From an uncultured archaeon (GTDB taxonomy: Archaea > Asgardarchaeota > Thorarchaeia > Thorarchaeales > Thorarchaeaceae): DNA of 64,000 nt. A program made the position numbers and the translations under genes. Positions 52,059 through 61,441 of this stretch are shown piece by piece. The notes under the pieces are model-generated. The model saw only the letters and a program-made list of their open reading frames with translations. It made no database searches and was not told the DNA's origin. The stretch lies in assembly GCA_964458565.1 (NCBI GenBank), contig CAYWJO010000007.1, positions 37,154-101,153 of the forward strand, given 5' to 3'. The number at the start of each line of letters is the position of its first letter. The stretch's first letter is position 1.

Positions 52059-53213
52059 GTGAAGGTGAATGAAGTCAATCCTCTATTACGTCATGTTTCC
52101 AATGTATTTAGTGATATCCTTGCTGAGCGTGGCCTTTTGGAATCTAAACTCTTTCCGGTAAATGAGTACATCTCAGTAGCCTGTTATCACACATATGACC
52201 ATCTATACAACTTAATGAAACTAGTCTGGGATAGGATTACTCCTGAGGATTTAGCCAAGCAGAGCAAGGTGCTACTTTCAGAGGTACATGCACTCTCTAT
52301 CACTTACCAATGGCTCTATTATGGTCTGGGACGGATGGGTATTATAAATAACAAGTTAGAGAGTGATGCCTCAAAAGAGCCTGAGGAGAAACGCAATCAG
52401 TGGAAATGGATTCTTGAGAACTGGTACAGACTAGCGAAGTCCTATTTCAATACTAATGAACCCACTGTAGCTGCTTCAGGAGGTACGAATCTAGCTTTTG
52501 AGGAAAAGACTATCGAATGGTTGAAGGATAATCTTGAACCTGTAGATACAGAACAGGTAAAGAAAATCCGAAGGTCTCTTGGTTCGGTGGAACTCTATGC
52601 TTTCTTGGATGAATGTGAAGCACGTGCCAAGCTCATAGATCACGGTCCATATCCAATTGATGACGAAATCCTTGTCATCTCAGAATTTACTCGCCTCAAT
52701 GATGGTAAGGGAGAGCCTTGGATGCCATGGTCTGACACAGAGTCAAAACTGCCGTCTTCTGCAATGGGAATAGCTATGACTATCAAAAATGTGACAGCCT
52801 TCTTCAATGATATCGGAACTATGATGATAGAACCCGGTGATTATTCTGGTCTTGTAACAAGCGTATGTGCATATACTAATCGAGGTCAAAAAATTGTTCC
52901 TATTGGTCTGGATGAGTTGCCTGCTTATGCTGAGGCTGCAGATGCAGCTCAAACAGAGCTTTACATGAAGTTTGCAGAGTGGGACAAGTCTAAGCTTATG
53001 CTTGCAGGAGCTGCTGCATACTGGCGAGGATTTATGAGATTTACAGACCGAGTTGGTGTGAGCGATAAGATTGACTGGATGCTATCGAAGGACATTGAAG
53101 AGGAATACGTACCCTTCTTTATGGATAATGATGCAGATCCAGCTTTTATTCGATTTGGACGTTTTGACGAGGATATGGAGGAGGACCCCACACTCTACTT
53201 ATTGCCTGAATAA
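52059..53213 (+). CDS. hypothetical protein (384 aa, soluble, acidic)
   Basis: Long ORF divergent from the swivel-domain gene and 3 nt upstream of the next ORF. No family recognised. Confidence 0.5.
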   Translation: MKVNEVNPLLRHVSNVFSDILAERGLLESKLFPVNEYISVACYHTYDHLYNLMKLVWDRITPEDLAKQSKVLLSEVHALSITYQWLYYGLGRMGIINNKLESDASKEPEEKRNQWKWILENWYRLAKSYFNTNEPTVAASGGTNLAFEEKTIEWLKDNLEPVDTEQVKKIRRSLGSVELYAFLDECEARAKLIDHGPYPIDDEILVISEFTRLNDGKGEPWMPWSDTESKLPSSAMGIAMTIKNVTAFFNDIGTMMIEPGDYSGLVTSVCAYTNRGQKIVPIGLDELPAYAEAADAAQTELYMKFAEWDKSKLMLAGAAAYWRGFMRFTDRVGVSDKIDWMLSKDIEEEYVPFFMDNDADPAFIRFGRFDEDMEEDPTLYLLPE

Positions 53214-53216
53214 GAT

Positions 53217-54122
53217 ATGGTGAATCGGATGGCATCTCTATCAGAAAAGGACGACCACGCACATGAGCCAGATGCAAAACTTGCTTGGCGTGAGAGCTAT
53301 TACTTCAACTGGGTTGACCTTAAGCGGGGTATATCCGGATTTTCTACAGTCGGGCTTCTCCCCAATGCGAACAAAAGGGAATTTGTCTTTGCACTCTTCT
53401 ATGATAATGAGCGTGAAACCTATTGGGAAGAACCAGATGGTGCAATACCTACTGATTTTCGTAACTCGTTATCATTTGATAGACTATCCTTTGAGATGAT
53501 AGAACCCTTGAAGGAATGGCGAATAAAATACATTCTTGATCATCTAGAGGTGGATATCAAATGGAAAGCACGTTTTCCAGCATACGACTTTGGCGGTGGT
53601 TCCGGTACATCATGGAATGGACATTTTGAGCAATCTGGATTTGTTGAAGGCTCGATAAAACTACCTACCGGTCCCATACTTGCCTTCAAAGGTTATGGTG
53701 AGCGTGATAAGTCATGGGGATCAAGAGATTGGCACATCGAAGCATGGTATGCATTTCACGCTCAGTTCAAAGACATATCATTCGGCCTTCGACGTGATCA
53801 AGTGAAGGGAGAATTTGTTGTATCTGGTGGAATCTCGACCGTAGATGGACATGTACCAATTGAAAAAGTGGATGTGGATACTGAATACGTAGGCTCTCCG
53901 CAAAAGATACCCTATGCCGCGACTACAACTATACATGGTGCAGATGAGAGTCAATACACCATCAAATCAAAGACGCTTTCACCTAAGAGCTTCGTTCGAT
54001 TTGAACGTGCATTTCAGGGTGGAAGTACTGAGCTATTCGAGAATATGGCACATCATTACTGTGAAGAACTTGATGAGGATGGGACCGGACTTTTAGAATG
54101 GTTATTCACCTATACAGAGTGA
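53217..54122 (+). CDS. hypothetical beta-rich protein (possibly DUF7064/AttH-like)
   Basis: WRESYYFNW and GYGERDKSWGSRDWH resemble motifs I associate with DUF7064/DUF7065-type lipocalin-like proteins. This is low-certainty recall. Confidence 0.45.
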   Translation: MVNRMASLSEKDDHAHEPDAKLAWRESYYFNWVDLKRGISGFSTVGLLPNANKREFVFALFYDNERETYWEEPDGAIPTDFRNSLSFDRLSFEMIEPLKEWRIKYILDHLEVDIKWKARFPAYDFGGGSGTSWNGHFEQSGFVEGSIKLPTGPILAFKGYGERDKSWGSRDWHIEAWYAFHAQFKDISFGLRRDQVKGEFVVSGGISTVDGHVPIEKVDVDTEYVGSPQKIPYAATTTIHGADESQYTIKSKTLSPKSFVRFERAFQGGSTELFENMAHHYCEELDEDGTGLLEWLFTYTE

Positions 54123-54355
54123 ATGAAATAACAGTTATGCAAATTATCCAAAAATCGTACAATTTTATTGGTAATAAACTCACCAAAAAATCTCATATGG
54201 TTTTACATGTTAAATAGAGTGGAATTCTATTTGACATGCTATGAATGCCGCTCACTCTTTGTATAATCCAATACAGTCACACATCTATAGATAGATGTTA
54301 AAAACCCCCTTCAAAAATAACTACTCCCTCCCTTATTCCACAATCACTGCAAAAA

Positions 54356-54386
54356 CCGGACGGGGGCTGATATTTCCTCCGTCCGG
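54356..54386 (-). terminator. GC-rich hairpin just downstream of the hydrolase-membrane gene
   Basis: CCGGACGG(ggg)-ctgatattt-(cct)CCGTCCGG has 8 perfect bp plus 3 more. It lies about 20 nt past the stop of the minus-strand gene ending at 54406. Confidence 0.45.
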
Positions 54387-54405
54387 TAGTATTAGATTTC
54401 TTCTA

Positions 54406-56118
54406 TCATGTAAATGGTAATATTGTAGCTAACATCCATCCAAAAATCAGTCCATTCAGGATGGCGGCGAGATAGTAGTTACCTGTCATTTTGTAGCAAA
54501 ATACTATGATTACTGCACCTACAGCAAACCAGGGTGTGAATGCGAAGAAGAAGAGGAAGGAAAATCCAATCAGTCCTTGTGCCACTGGAAATCCTGTGAG
54601 GAGTCCCACTCCCATCTGCATAGCGATGAGTAAGAGATACGGGATGCATTTGATAAATCCTGCTAGAATGGATGATTTTGTTATCGATCTGACAGGGCTT
54701 CCTGGAGCATCTGTTTTCATGATGCCCATCAACCACATTCCTTCAACTAGACTATATATCATAAAGACAACAAAGTATAACGGAACATAGATTGCTCTAA
54801 GCGCAGTTAGGTCATTTAACCCTGGTAAGAAAGCTCGAAACTCTAAGACGAATCCAATATCTACAACAAGTGTCCATGCATATAACCATACAAACACAAC
54901 CAATGCAAGCACAAGTGTCTTCACAAACTTTGGAACAAATTTCACCCCTTCTCCCATTGTCCAGAGTCGTTTCCACTCGAGCCCCGACGGTTTCCTCGTT
55001 CTAAGAATGATATATAGGACCAGAGCAGCAATCAGTGCACTTCCCAATATCCATGAGATAATTGAAGTTGCACGATACTGTGGTGATGGAAGGAACATAC
55101 CAACTGCAAGCAGCGGAAGGAAACAACCCGCTCCAATTATTGCATATACTGAACCATAACCTAAGTATAGCTTTGTTGTTGCGGTATACTCCATTTCACG
55201 CTCATTCTTGAGACCACTGAAAGGTTTCAAATCAATTAGAATGGCTATGAGAGGAAAGATCGTCAAGACAATACCAAGTACGCTCAGAAAACCCCCAACC
55301 AACCATAGTTGGTATATTTGGCTCTCGGAAGGGATCCAGTAGGAATCCTCTGTACCTTTCAGACTGTCCTTCACCCATTCAACAGTTTCACTCACAAAGA
55401 GTGGATCAACTGTGGAGAACAGGTGATTTGTCCGTGATACTATTAGTCTTCGCGCTGTTCCACTTGAAAAGTCACCATAGGTCACTCCAACCTCTATATC
55501 AGTTACTCCAAACGATGGTTCCAAGGCGGTGATATTCAGGGGATAGATTAACTCATCAAACTCTCCCACTGCGACCAACATGTTGTTCGGGTAAGTCGAA
55601 TTGGCTATAGCTCGCACCCGACTTCCAACAAGAACTATTGCATTAATTGTTTGTTCCGAATCATCTAATGCACTCCATGAAATGTCTCCTCCCATGCTAT
55701 GACCTATTAATGCCAATTGACTTTCATCGACAAAGTCACGATTTGCCAGATAGTCAATTGCCGCAGCTCCGCTCCCTGAACCCGGATCTGAATTTCCATG
55801 ACCATTAGCATCTATTGTAAGCACGACAAACCCCCTTCGAGCAATCTCGATTCCAAATGCCATGAGCCACTCCTTGCTCTGAAGTATCCCGTGGATTACA
55901 ACCACTCCAGGCATTGGATTTGACGAAGTTGCCTCAACAGGTTTTTGCAAAGTGCTATGGATCATGGATCCATCAGAGGATTGAAAATCAGCCTCCGTAA
56001 CAATGACGGAACCAAATCCACTTTGAATTGTACCTGCTAGTCCAACGCCAGATAGCATAATCACCATACTGACAACTAGAACAACATACCTTAGTTTCAT
56101 CTTGTGCGACTCCTGCAA
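54406..56118 (-). CDS. fusion of an extracytoplasmic alpha/beta-hydrolase domain with a polytopic (about 8 TM) membrane domain
   Basis: N-terminal TM/signal, then PGVVVIHG...LTIDANGHGNSD...LIGHSMGG (nucleophile elbow). The second half consists of hydrophobic helices. Confidence 0.7.
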   Translation of the reverse strand: MQESHKMKLRYVVLVVSMVIMLSGVGLAGTIQSGFGSVIVTEADFQSSDGSMIHSTLQKPVEATSSNPMPGVVVIHGILQSKEWLMAFGIEIARRGFVVLTIDANGHGNSDPGSGSGAAAIDYLANRDFVDESQLALIGHSMGGDISWSALDDSEQTINAIVLVGSRVRAIANSTYPNNMLVAVGEFDELIYPLNITALEPSFGVTDIEVGVTYGDFSSGTARRLIVSRTNHLFSTVDPLFVSETVEWVKDSLKGTEDSYWIPSESQIYQLWLVGGFLSVLGIVLTIFPLIAILIDLKPFSGLKNEREMEYTATTKLYLGYGSVYAIIGAGCFLPLLAVGMFLPSPQYRATSIISWILGSALIAALVLYIILRTRKPSGLEWKRLWTMGEGVKFVPKFVKTLVLALVVFVWLYAWTLVVDIGFVLEFRAFLPGLNDLTALRAIYVPLYFVVFMIYSLVEGMWLMGIMKTDAPGSPVRSITKSSILAGFIKCIPYLLLIAMQMGVGLLTGFPVAQGLIGFSFLFFFAFTPWFAVGAVIIVFCYKMTGNYYLAAILNGLIFGWMLATILPFT

Positions 56119-56194
56119 TCGTGCCCCCTTTCTATGCTTGCCAAGATATATCTCATTGGGTTAACTTGAATGTATAATGCGATGGTGATTTTGA

Positions 56195-56824
56195 GTGCCT
56201 GAATGGGATGCTATCTTCAAGGAACAAGGGCGGGTTTTCACAGACCCCCATCCGGATATGAAGCGCATTACTGAGATGTTTCAGGAACGAGATATTAGAC
56301 GAATACTCGATCTGGGGTGCGGTACTGGACGTCATCTAATCTATCTCTCAAAATGTGGTTTTGATATGTATGGATTTGATTCATCTCCCACAGCAATAGA
56401 GATTGCATCTCAGTGGGTAAAAACTGAGAGATTTGATGTACCAATTATACTGCATAGAATGGAAGAGCCATTTCCATACGATGACAACTTCTTTGATGCT
56501 GTGATTTCTATTCAGGTCATTCATCATAACCTCACAAGAGATATCTTGATTACTGTGGAAGAAACAGAGCGTGTTCTTAGGAGTGGTGGTTTCTTTTTTG
56601 TTACATTACCCATTCTCACGACCGGACCTATGAATGATGATGATGATTGGGCACTTGAGAAAATCGAAGAAGGTACTTATTTGCCAATGAAAGGACCCGA
56701 AAGTGGTATTCCACATCATTACTTCACAATAGATGAAATTAATGATGTTTTCAGAAATTTCAATATAATTGAATTATTCACTGACTCCAATAATCATCGT
56801 TGTATTCTTGGAATTAAGAGATGA
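56195..56824 (+). CDS. class I SAM-dependent methyltransferase
   Basis: Motif I ILDLGCGTGRH, FDSS, and FDAVISIQVIHH. Confidence 0.8.
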   Translation: MPEWDAIFKEQGRVFTDPHPDMKRITEMFQERDIRRILDLGCGTGRHLIYLSKCGFDMYGFDSSPTAIEIASQWVKTERFDVPIILHRMEEPFPYDDNFFDAVISIQVIHHNLTRDILITVEETERVLRSGGFFFVTLPILTTGPMNDDDDWALEKIEEGTYLPMKGPESGIPHHYFTIDEINDVFRNFNIIELFTDSNNHRCILGIKR

Positions 56825-56826
56825 AC

Positions 56827-58011
56827 CTACTCAAGTCCGAAATATGGAAAAATAAGATTCTTTACTTTAGCAATCGATTCATCTACTGCTCTCTGCACCT
56901 TGGTATGCTGAGTTTCAGGTAGTCGCTGTGGTCGATCTGTCCATCCACCACGTTGCACATCAAATCCATAACTATGGCAGAGTTTTATCCATTCAGCAGG
57001 TAAAACCGGCGGAAGTGCAATATCTGCTAGATCTGCAAGTAAAATTGTCCATATCTTAGCAGTTGGCACTGGATTATAACCGCCCCCGCCAAGAATGACC
57101 AATTGTCTATTTCCAAGATGTACAAGTTGTCTCACTGTCATCGAAAGTCGACGATATGTTTCGTAAGTCAGCATGAGGTCTGCAAGTGGGTCCTGCATAT
57201 GTGCATCAGCACCGGCATTCCACATTACAAAATCAGGCTTGTACGCCAACCAGATGGGAATCACAGCATCTTCAAATGCATTTGCGAACTCAACATCATC
57301 TGTCAGGGGTGGTAGCGGTATATTTACGGAGTACCCCTTGCCTTCTCCAATCCCCATATCTTCCGGTCTACCTGTTCCTGGAAAGAATCCCAAGCTCAGC
57401 TCATGCATTGAGATAGTTAGTACATTTGGATCATCATAGAATGCCTCTTGTACTCCATTACCATGATGCACGTCAGTATCTAAATACAGAACCTTCTTGT
57501 TTGGGAACTTCTCTTTGTATGCTTTGAGAGCACACGCGCAGTCATTATAGTAACAGAATCCAGCCGCATTATCTCGAGAAGCATGATGAAATCCTCCAAA
57601 GAAGGACATAGCATCCTCAAATCTTCCCTCTGCTACTCCCATTACTGCATCTATTGTAGCACCAACAGGATAGCTTGCATATTTGTGCATGTCAGTAAAG
57701 ACTGGATTTTCATCAGTATCCAACCCGAGACGTGAGGAAAATGCATAACCCGTGTTACCAAAAAGCTCCACTGTTTCAATGTATGATTGGTCATGGTATA
57801 ATCCTAATTCGTCCCTTGTCGCCAATCGCATCAGTTGTAGGGATATACTTTCACTTTCAGTCATCCCTGCCATGACTGGAAGCTTCCACGTGATTTCAAA
57901 GCGTGCACGGTTCCAAAATGGGTTTGGTTCAGGTCTAGTTCTCTCTAGGTCATCTATCCCCTCCATAAGTAAAAACTCAAGAGGGTCGTACAATGCAGTC
58001 AACCTAGACAA
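56827..58011 (-). CDS. histone deacetylase / acetoin-utilisation (AcuC) family deacetylase
   Basis: GGFHHA, YLDTDVHHGNGVQEAFYDDPNVLTISMHE and GGGGY. Confidence 0.9.
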   Translation of the reverse strand: MSRLTALYDPLEFLLMEGIDDLERTRPEPNPFWNRARFEITWKLPVMAGMTESESISLQLMRLATRDELGLYHDQSYIETVELFGNTGYAFSSRLGLDTDENPVFTDMHKYASYPVGATIDAVMGVAEGRFEDAMSFFGGFHHASRDNAAGFCYYNDCACALKAYKEKFPNKKVLYLDTDVHHGNGVQEAFYDDPNVLTISMHELSLGFFPGTGRPEDMGIGEGKGYSVNIPLPPLTDDVEFANAFEDAVIPIWLAYKPDFVMWNAGADAHMQDPLADLMLTYETYRRLSMTVRQLVHLGNRQLVILGGGGYNPVPTAKIWTILLADLADIALPPVLPAEWIKLCHSYGFDVQRGGWTDRPQRLPETQHTKVQRAVDESIAKVKNLIFPYFGLE

Positions 58012-58129
58012 CTAAATACCTCCAATTCGAACATATGATGTATTGCTTAACTATTTTAGACTACTGCATTCATCCCGTGAAAATTAACATAAAACGATTA
58101 TCCTGTCGCCGATTTATTGTGTTTCTTTT

Positions 58130-60304
58130 TTACAGGCTGATACTTTTGAGAAATTGTTTTGTTTCATTTTTCCCAATTATGATTGATAGCCCTTTGCCGG
58201 TATCTTCTCTTACCTTGGTAAACATCATTGGGTCAGACCTAGACAAAATCTCCAAACCACTTTTCATTACTTCAGCATACCTTTCTTTTCCTTCCAGATT
58301 TCCTTTCTTATCGAGAATTGTAACCGTTCTTGCCACCTTTCGAAGAACTCTTGCTAGTGACTTAGTATCAACATCCTCTTGAGCTATCATCTCTTCTAGT
58401 TTATCGATATTGCTTACTTTATCGTTCTCTCCACCAATACGACCCTCAATGAACTTTGATATCATTGGTCTTATTGAATCAGTAGTCATTTTCGAAAAAT
58501 CCTGTGGAATATTTCCAAGAGTAGCTTCTAGATCTTTGATGACATCTTCGCCAACAGCTTCTTTTACCTTATCTCTGATTAGCTGTCCTATCGCGCCAGG
58601 AATCGATTTTTCCTCTTTTAACTCGTGTTTTGGCTCAGAAACACTAATCTCTGGTTTCACATCTTGTTTGGGTACTTCAGTAATAGGGCCTGTAATGGCG
58701 AACAATCCTTGACTTAATGGACTTTCAATATGTTCACTAGCCAATTGCAGTACCATTTCATCAATCTCTCCAACTCCGAAATTCTTGGCAGCAAAATACG
58801 AATACGCAAGAAGTGGTTCAAGCCCTCCCGAATTATCTACTTGATACTCTTCCTTGACATGGTCCCATCCCTCTTTCAATGCTTGTTTCTCTAATTTTTT
58901 CCTTCCTGCTACTCCCATTTCCTGCGCAATCATTCTAATATCTCCCACAATAGGATGACTGACTCCACCTCTCAAGACATCTGCAAGAGTATCATGCATA
59001 AACTTCAGTGAAAAGAATCTTGGGTCTCTGGAGAGATATTGCTTAATTGCATTGAATGGTCCTGGACCATCTGATTGGTGCTTACTAATGAAAAACATTT
59101 GATTGAGATGTACTTCATGTGTTTCATAATTTGGCATATCCGCGAGACAGAGTAAAGCTTTGATTACAGGAAGTGCCCCGTCTCTTGGTGTATATATTGT
59201 CCCTCTTAAATCAAATAACACACGTGCAAGGATGTCTGCAACATAATTGGTCATTCCCTTGGGTGCTCGTGATGCTCTATCTGCAATGAGCTTTGTAAGC
59301 TTTCCAGTTCTGTAGTCTACTCCAATTTCCTCAGTAATATACCTGACATAAATCGGACTTCCTTGTGCGTTGCTCACAATGACATCAATTGCATCATTGT
59401 CAAATTCCACATTCTGACTTGAAAGATGATTAATCGTAATCTCTTTCATAATCTTGTCAGCAAGGTTTGGTAAAGAAATGGTCTTGAATTTCTCGCGTAT
59501 TTCAAGAGGTAGTCTTGACCAATCTTGTTCACGTGCTGTAGTTACAACTCCCTTGACATCTCTCTGTGCGATTGTTTTTGCAAGTTTTCTTGTTTCGGGT
59601 AAATCGTCCGTGAATAGAATTATTCCATTCTTCTCATGTTCTCTTGAGATATCAGCAGTATCCCATACCAATGCAGTATCCGTATCTTTATTGAGCTGGT
59701 TCCAAATTGCATACATAATAGTTGTCTTACCTGAACCTGGTGCACCCAAAATCACTACATTCTCTTCATTTCTGATGTTCTTTATTGCCAAATCAATTAC
59801 AGATTTTCTACCCGTATCAAGTACAATCACATCATCAAGGTAGGCTGGCAAACGCCATACATTCATGACACGTTCACGAGAGTCAGGAATCTCATAATAC
59901 GAAATCATATCTCTAATGATGCCAAGTTCTCTTGCAATAATCGAGAGGTCCGATTTCATAACGCTGACGAATTGACCTGTATCTGGACTATACACTCCCA
60001 ACTGGTTCATTGCTGTTGAAACATGAGATGCAACATCCGCACCTCCCTCTCTTACAGCTTGTTTTATCGAGTCTTGAACTTCAGGCTCTTGGATTGCTTG
60101 TTTGAAGAAATCCATCAATTGATCTGGGTCTAGTTTCTCTTGGTTCTGTCTATGATCTACAATTGTGCCTGCAGCAGCAGCAAGAAGTGAACTACCGGTG
60201 ACAATCAAAGTAAAGTTAGAAGCAATGGCGGTTGCTACTCCTAATGCCTTTTTAGCACGCGGATGATGGTTGAAGTAATCCCGAATAGAATCCTTTAGAC
60301 CCAA
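58130..60304 (-). CDS. STAND-class P-loop NTPase with NB-ARC-like motif order, an N-terminal hydrophobic segment and a long unassigned C-terminal region
   Basis: Walker A VVILGAPGSGKTT, Walker B GIILFTDDL, hhhTTR motif GVVTTAREQ, LPNL..K...EI, and GxP motif AQGSPIYVRYI. The N-terminal ALGVATAIASNFTLIVTGSSLLAAAAGTIV is TM-like. Confidence 0.65.
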   Translation of the reverse strand: MGLKDSIRDYFNHHPRAKKALGVATAIASNFTLIVTGSSLLAAAAGTIVDHRQNQEKLDPDQLMDFFKQAIQEPEVQDSIKQAVREGGADVASHVSTAMNQLGVYSPDTGQFVSVMKSDLSIIARELGIIRDMISYYEIPDSRERVMNVWRLPAYLDDVIVLDTGRKSVIDLAIKNIRNEENVVILGAPGSGKTTIMYAIWNQLNKDTDTALVWDTADISREHEKNGIILFTDDLPETRKLAKTIAQRDVKGVVTTAREQDWSRLPLEIREKFKTISLPNLADKIMKEITINHLSSQNVEFDNDAIDVIVSNAQGSPIYVRYITEEIGVDYRTGKLTKLIADRASRAPKGMTNYVADILARVLFDLRGTIYTPRDGALPVIKALLCLADMPNYETHEVHLNQMFFISKHQSDGPGPFNAIKQYLSRDPRFFSLKFMHDTLADVLRGGVSHPIVGDIRMIAQEMGVAGRKKLEKQALKEGWDHVKEEYQVDNSGGLEPLLAYSYFAAKNFGVGEIDEMVLQLASEHIESPLSQGLFAITGPITEVPKQDVKPEISVSEPKHELKEEKSIPGAIGQLIRDKVKEAVGEDVIKDLEATLGNIPQDFSKMTTDSIRPMISKFIEGRIGGENDKVSNIDKLEEMIAQEDVDTKSLARVLRKVARTVTILDKKGNLEGKERYAEVMKSGLEILSRSDPMMFTKVREDTGKGLSIIIGKNETKQFLKSISL

Positions 60305-60412
60305 GATAATCAGCTCTTAGATATTATTGTGGTTAAATAGTGTTAATGAGCTTGTTGGAGTATCTGGTCACTTCGAAAGCCTCTTGTATTAGCACGTGCT
60401 GTCAAGACTACC

Positions 60413-61441
60413 ATGTCAAAGTTTGATTTGATTAGAGAAACGTTCATCGGAAATCTAGATGAACGATTACCAATTTCTGTATGGATGCATCATCCTGAAA
60501 AAGACCGCACAGCAGAAGGACTTGCTAAGGCTGAGATTGATTTTCACAAGAAATTCGATCACGATTTGCTGAAGATATCATTTCATGGACGGTACCCCGT
60601 TGTGGATTGGGGTTGTGTTGCCATATATGATGGCGCAAATTCGGGCTCCTCGACTTGTGAACAATGTGCAATTACATCTGCAAGTGACTGGGAAACCCTT
60701 GAACCATTAGATGTCAATGCAGGTGAATTTGGGGAACAATTACGTGCTGTCAATTTAATTAAGAATTATTCTCAGGACAAAGCTCCCATTATGGCTACAA
60801 TTTTTGATGCTCCCATGATTGCAGACAAGCTTTGTGAACGAGATTTCATTGAATATATAGAATCTGAACCACAGATCATGAAGAGCGTTCTAGAAATGAT
60901 TACCAATGTCATGATAGATTTTGGAAGAGCGGCAATTGAAGCTGGCTCAGATGGTCTATTCATTGCTTCACAACATTCCACATTCTCATCAGTGACTGAT
61001 AATCAGTACAAGGAATTCGTTTTACCATACGACCTAAAGCTGTTATCTAGACTTCGGGGAAAGGCCAAGTTCATTGTAATGCACCTACACGCAAAAGACG
61101 ACAATGAAGAAATTCGCTTCGATAAGATTGCATCCACTTCTGGACTTGATGCAATTAATTGGGAAGATCAGAGTTCCTCGTTATCCCTCAAAGATGGCAA
61201 GAAACGATCCAAAAAGACTGTTTTAGGTGGCATCGACCATAATGATATTTTCAGAACCGGTTCTCCTGATGAAGCAAGAGACCAGGTCTTTGATGCAGTT
61301 AAAGCAGCTGGATTGAAGAAACTCATTGTGGCACCGGGCTGTGTAGTTACTCAAGACACTCCTATAGAGAACATTGAAAAAGTAGTCGAATCTGTAAAAG
61401 CTATTCGACCTTGGCAGAAGGAGTGGGAGGAATACACTTGA
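60413..61441 (+). CDS. uroporphyrinogen-decarboxylase (URO-D) family protein (MtaA/CmuA-like fold)
   Basis: PISVWMHHP at the N-terminus, and the family-typical C-terminus LGGID........G.P.E......D.......KLIVAPGCVVTQDTPIENI. Confidence 0.7.
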   Translation: MSKFDLIRETFIGNLDERLPISVWMHHPEKDRTAEGLAKAEIDFHKKFDHDLLKISFHGRYPVVDWGCVAIYDGANSGSSTCEQCAITSASDWETLEPLDVNAGEFGEQLRAVNLIKNYSQDKAPIMATIFDAPMIADKLCERDFIEYIESEPQIMKSVLEMITNVMIDFGRAAIEAGSDGLFIASQHSTFSSVTDNQYKEFVLPYDLKLLSRLRGKAKFIVMHLHAKDDNEEIRFDKIASTSGLDAINWEDQSSSLSLKDGKKRSKKTVLGGIDHNDIFRTGSPDEARDQVFDAVKAAGLKKLIVAPGCVVTQDTPIENIEKVVESVKAIRPWQKEWEEYT

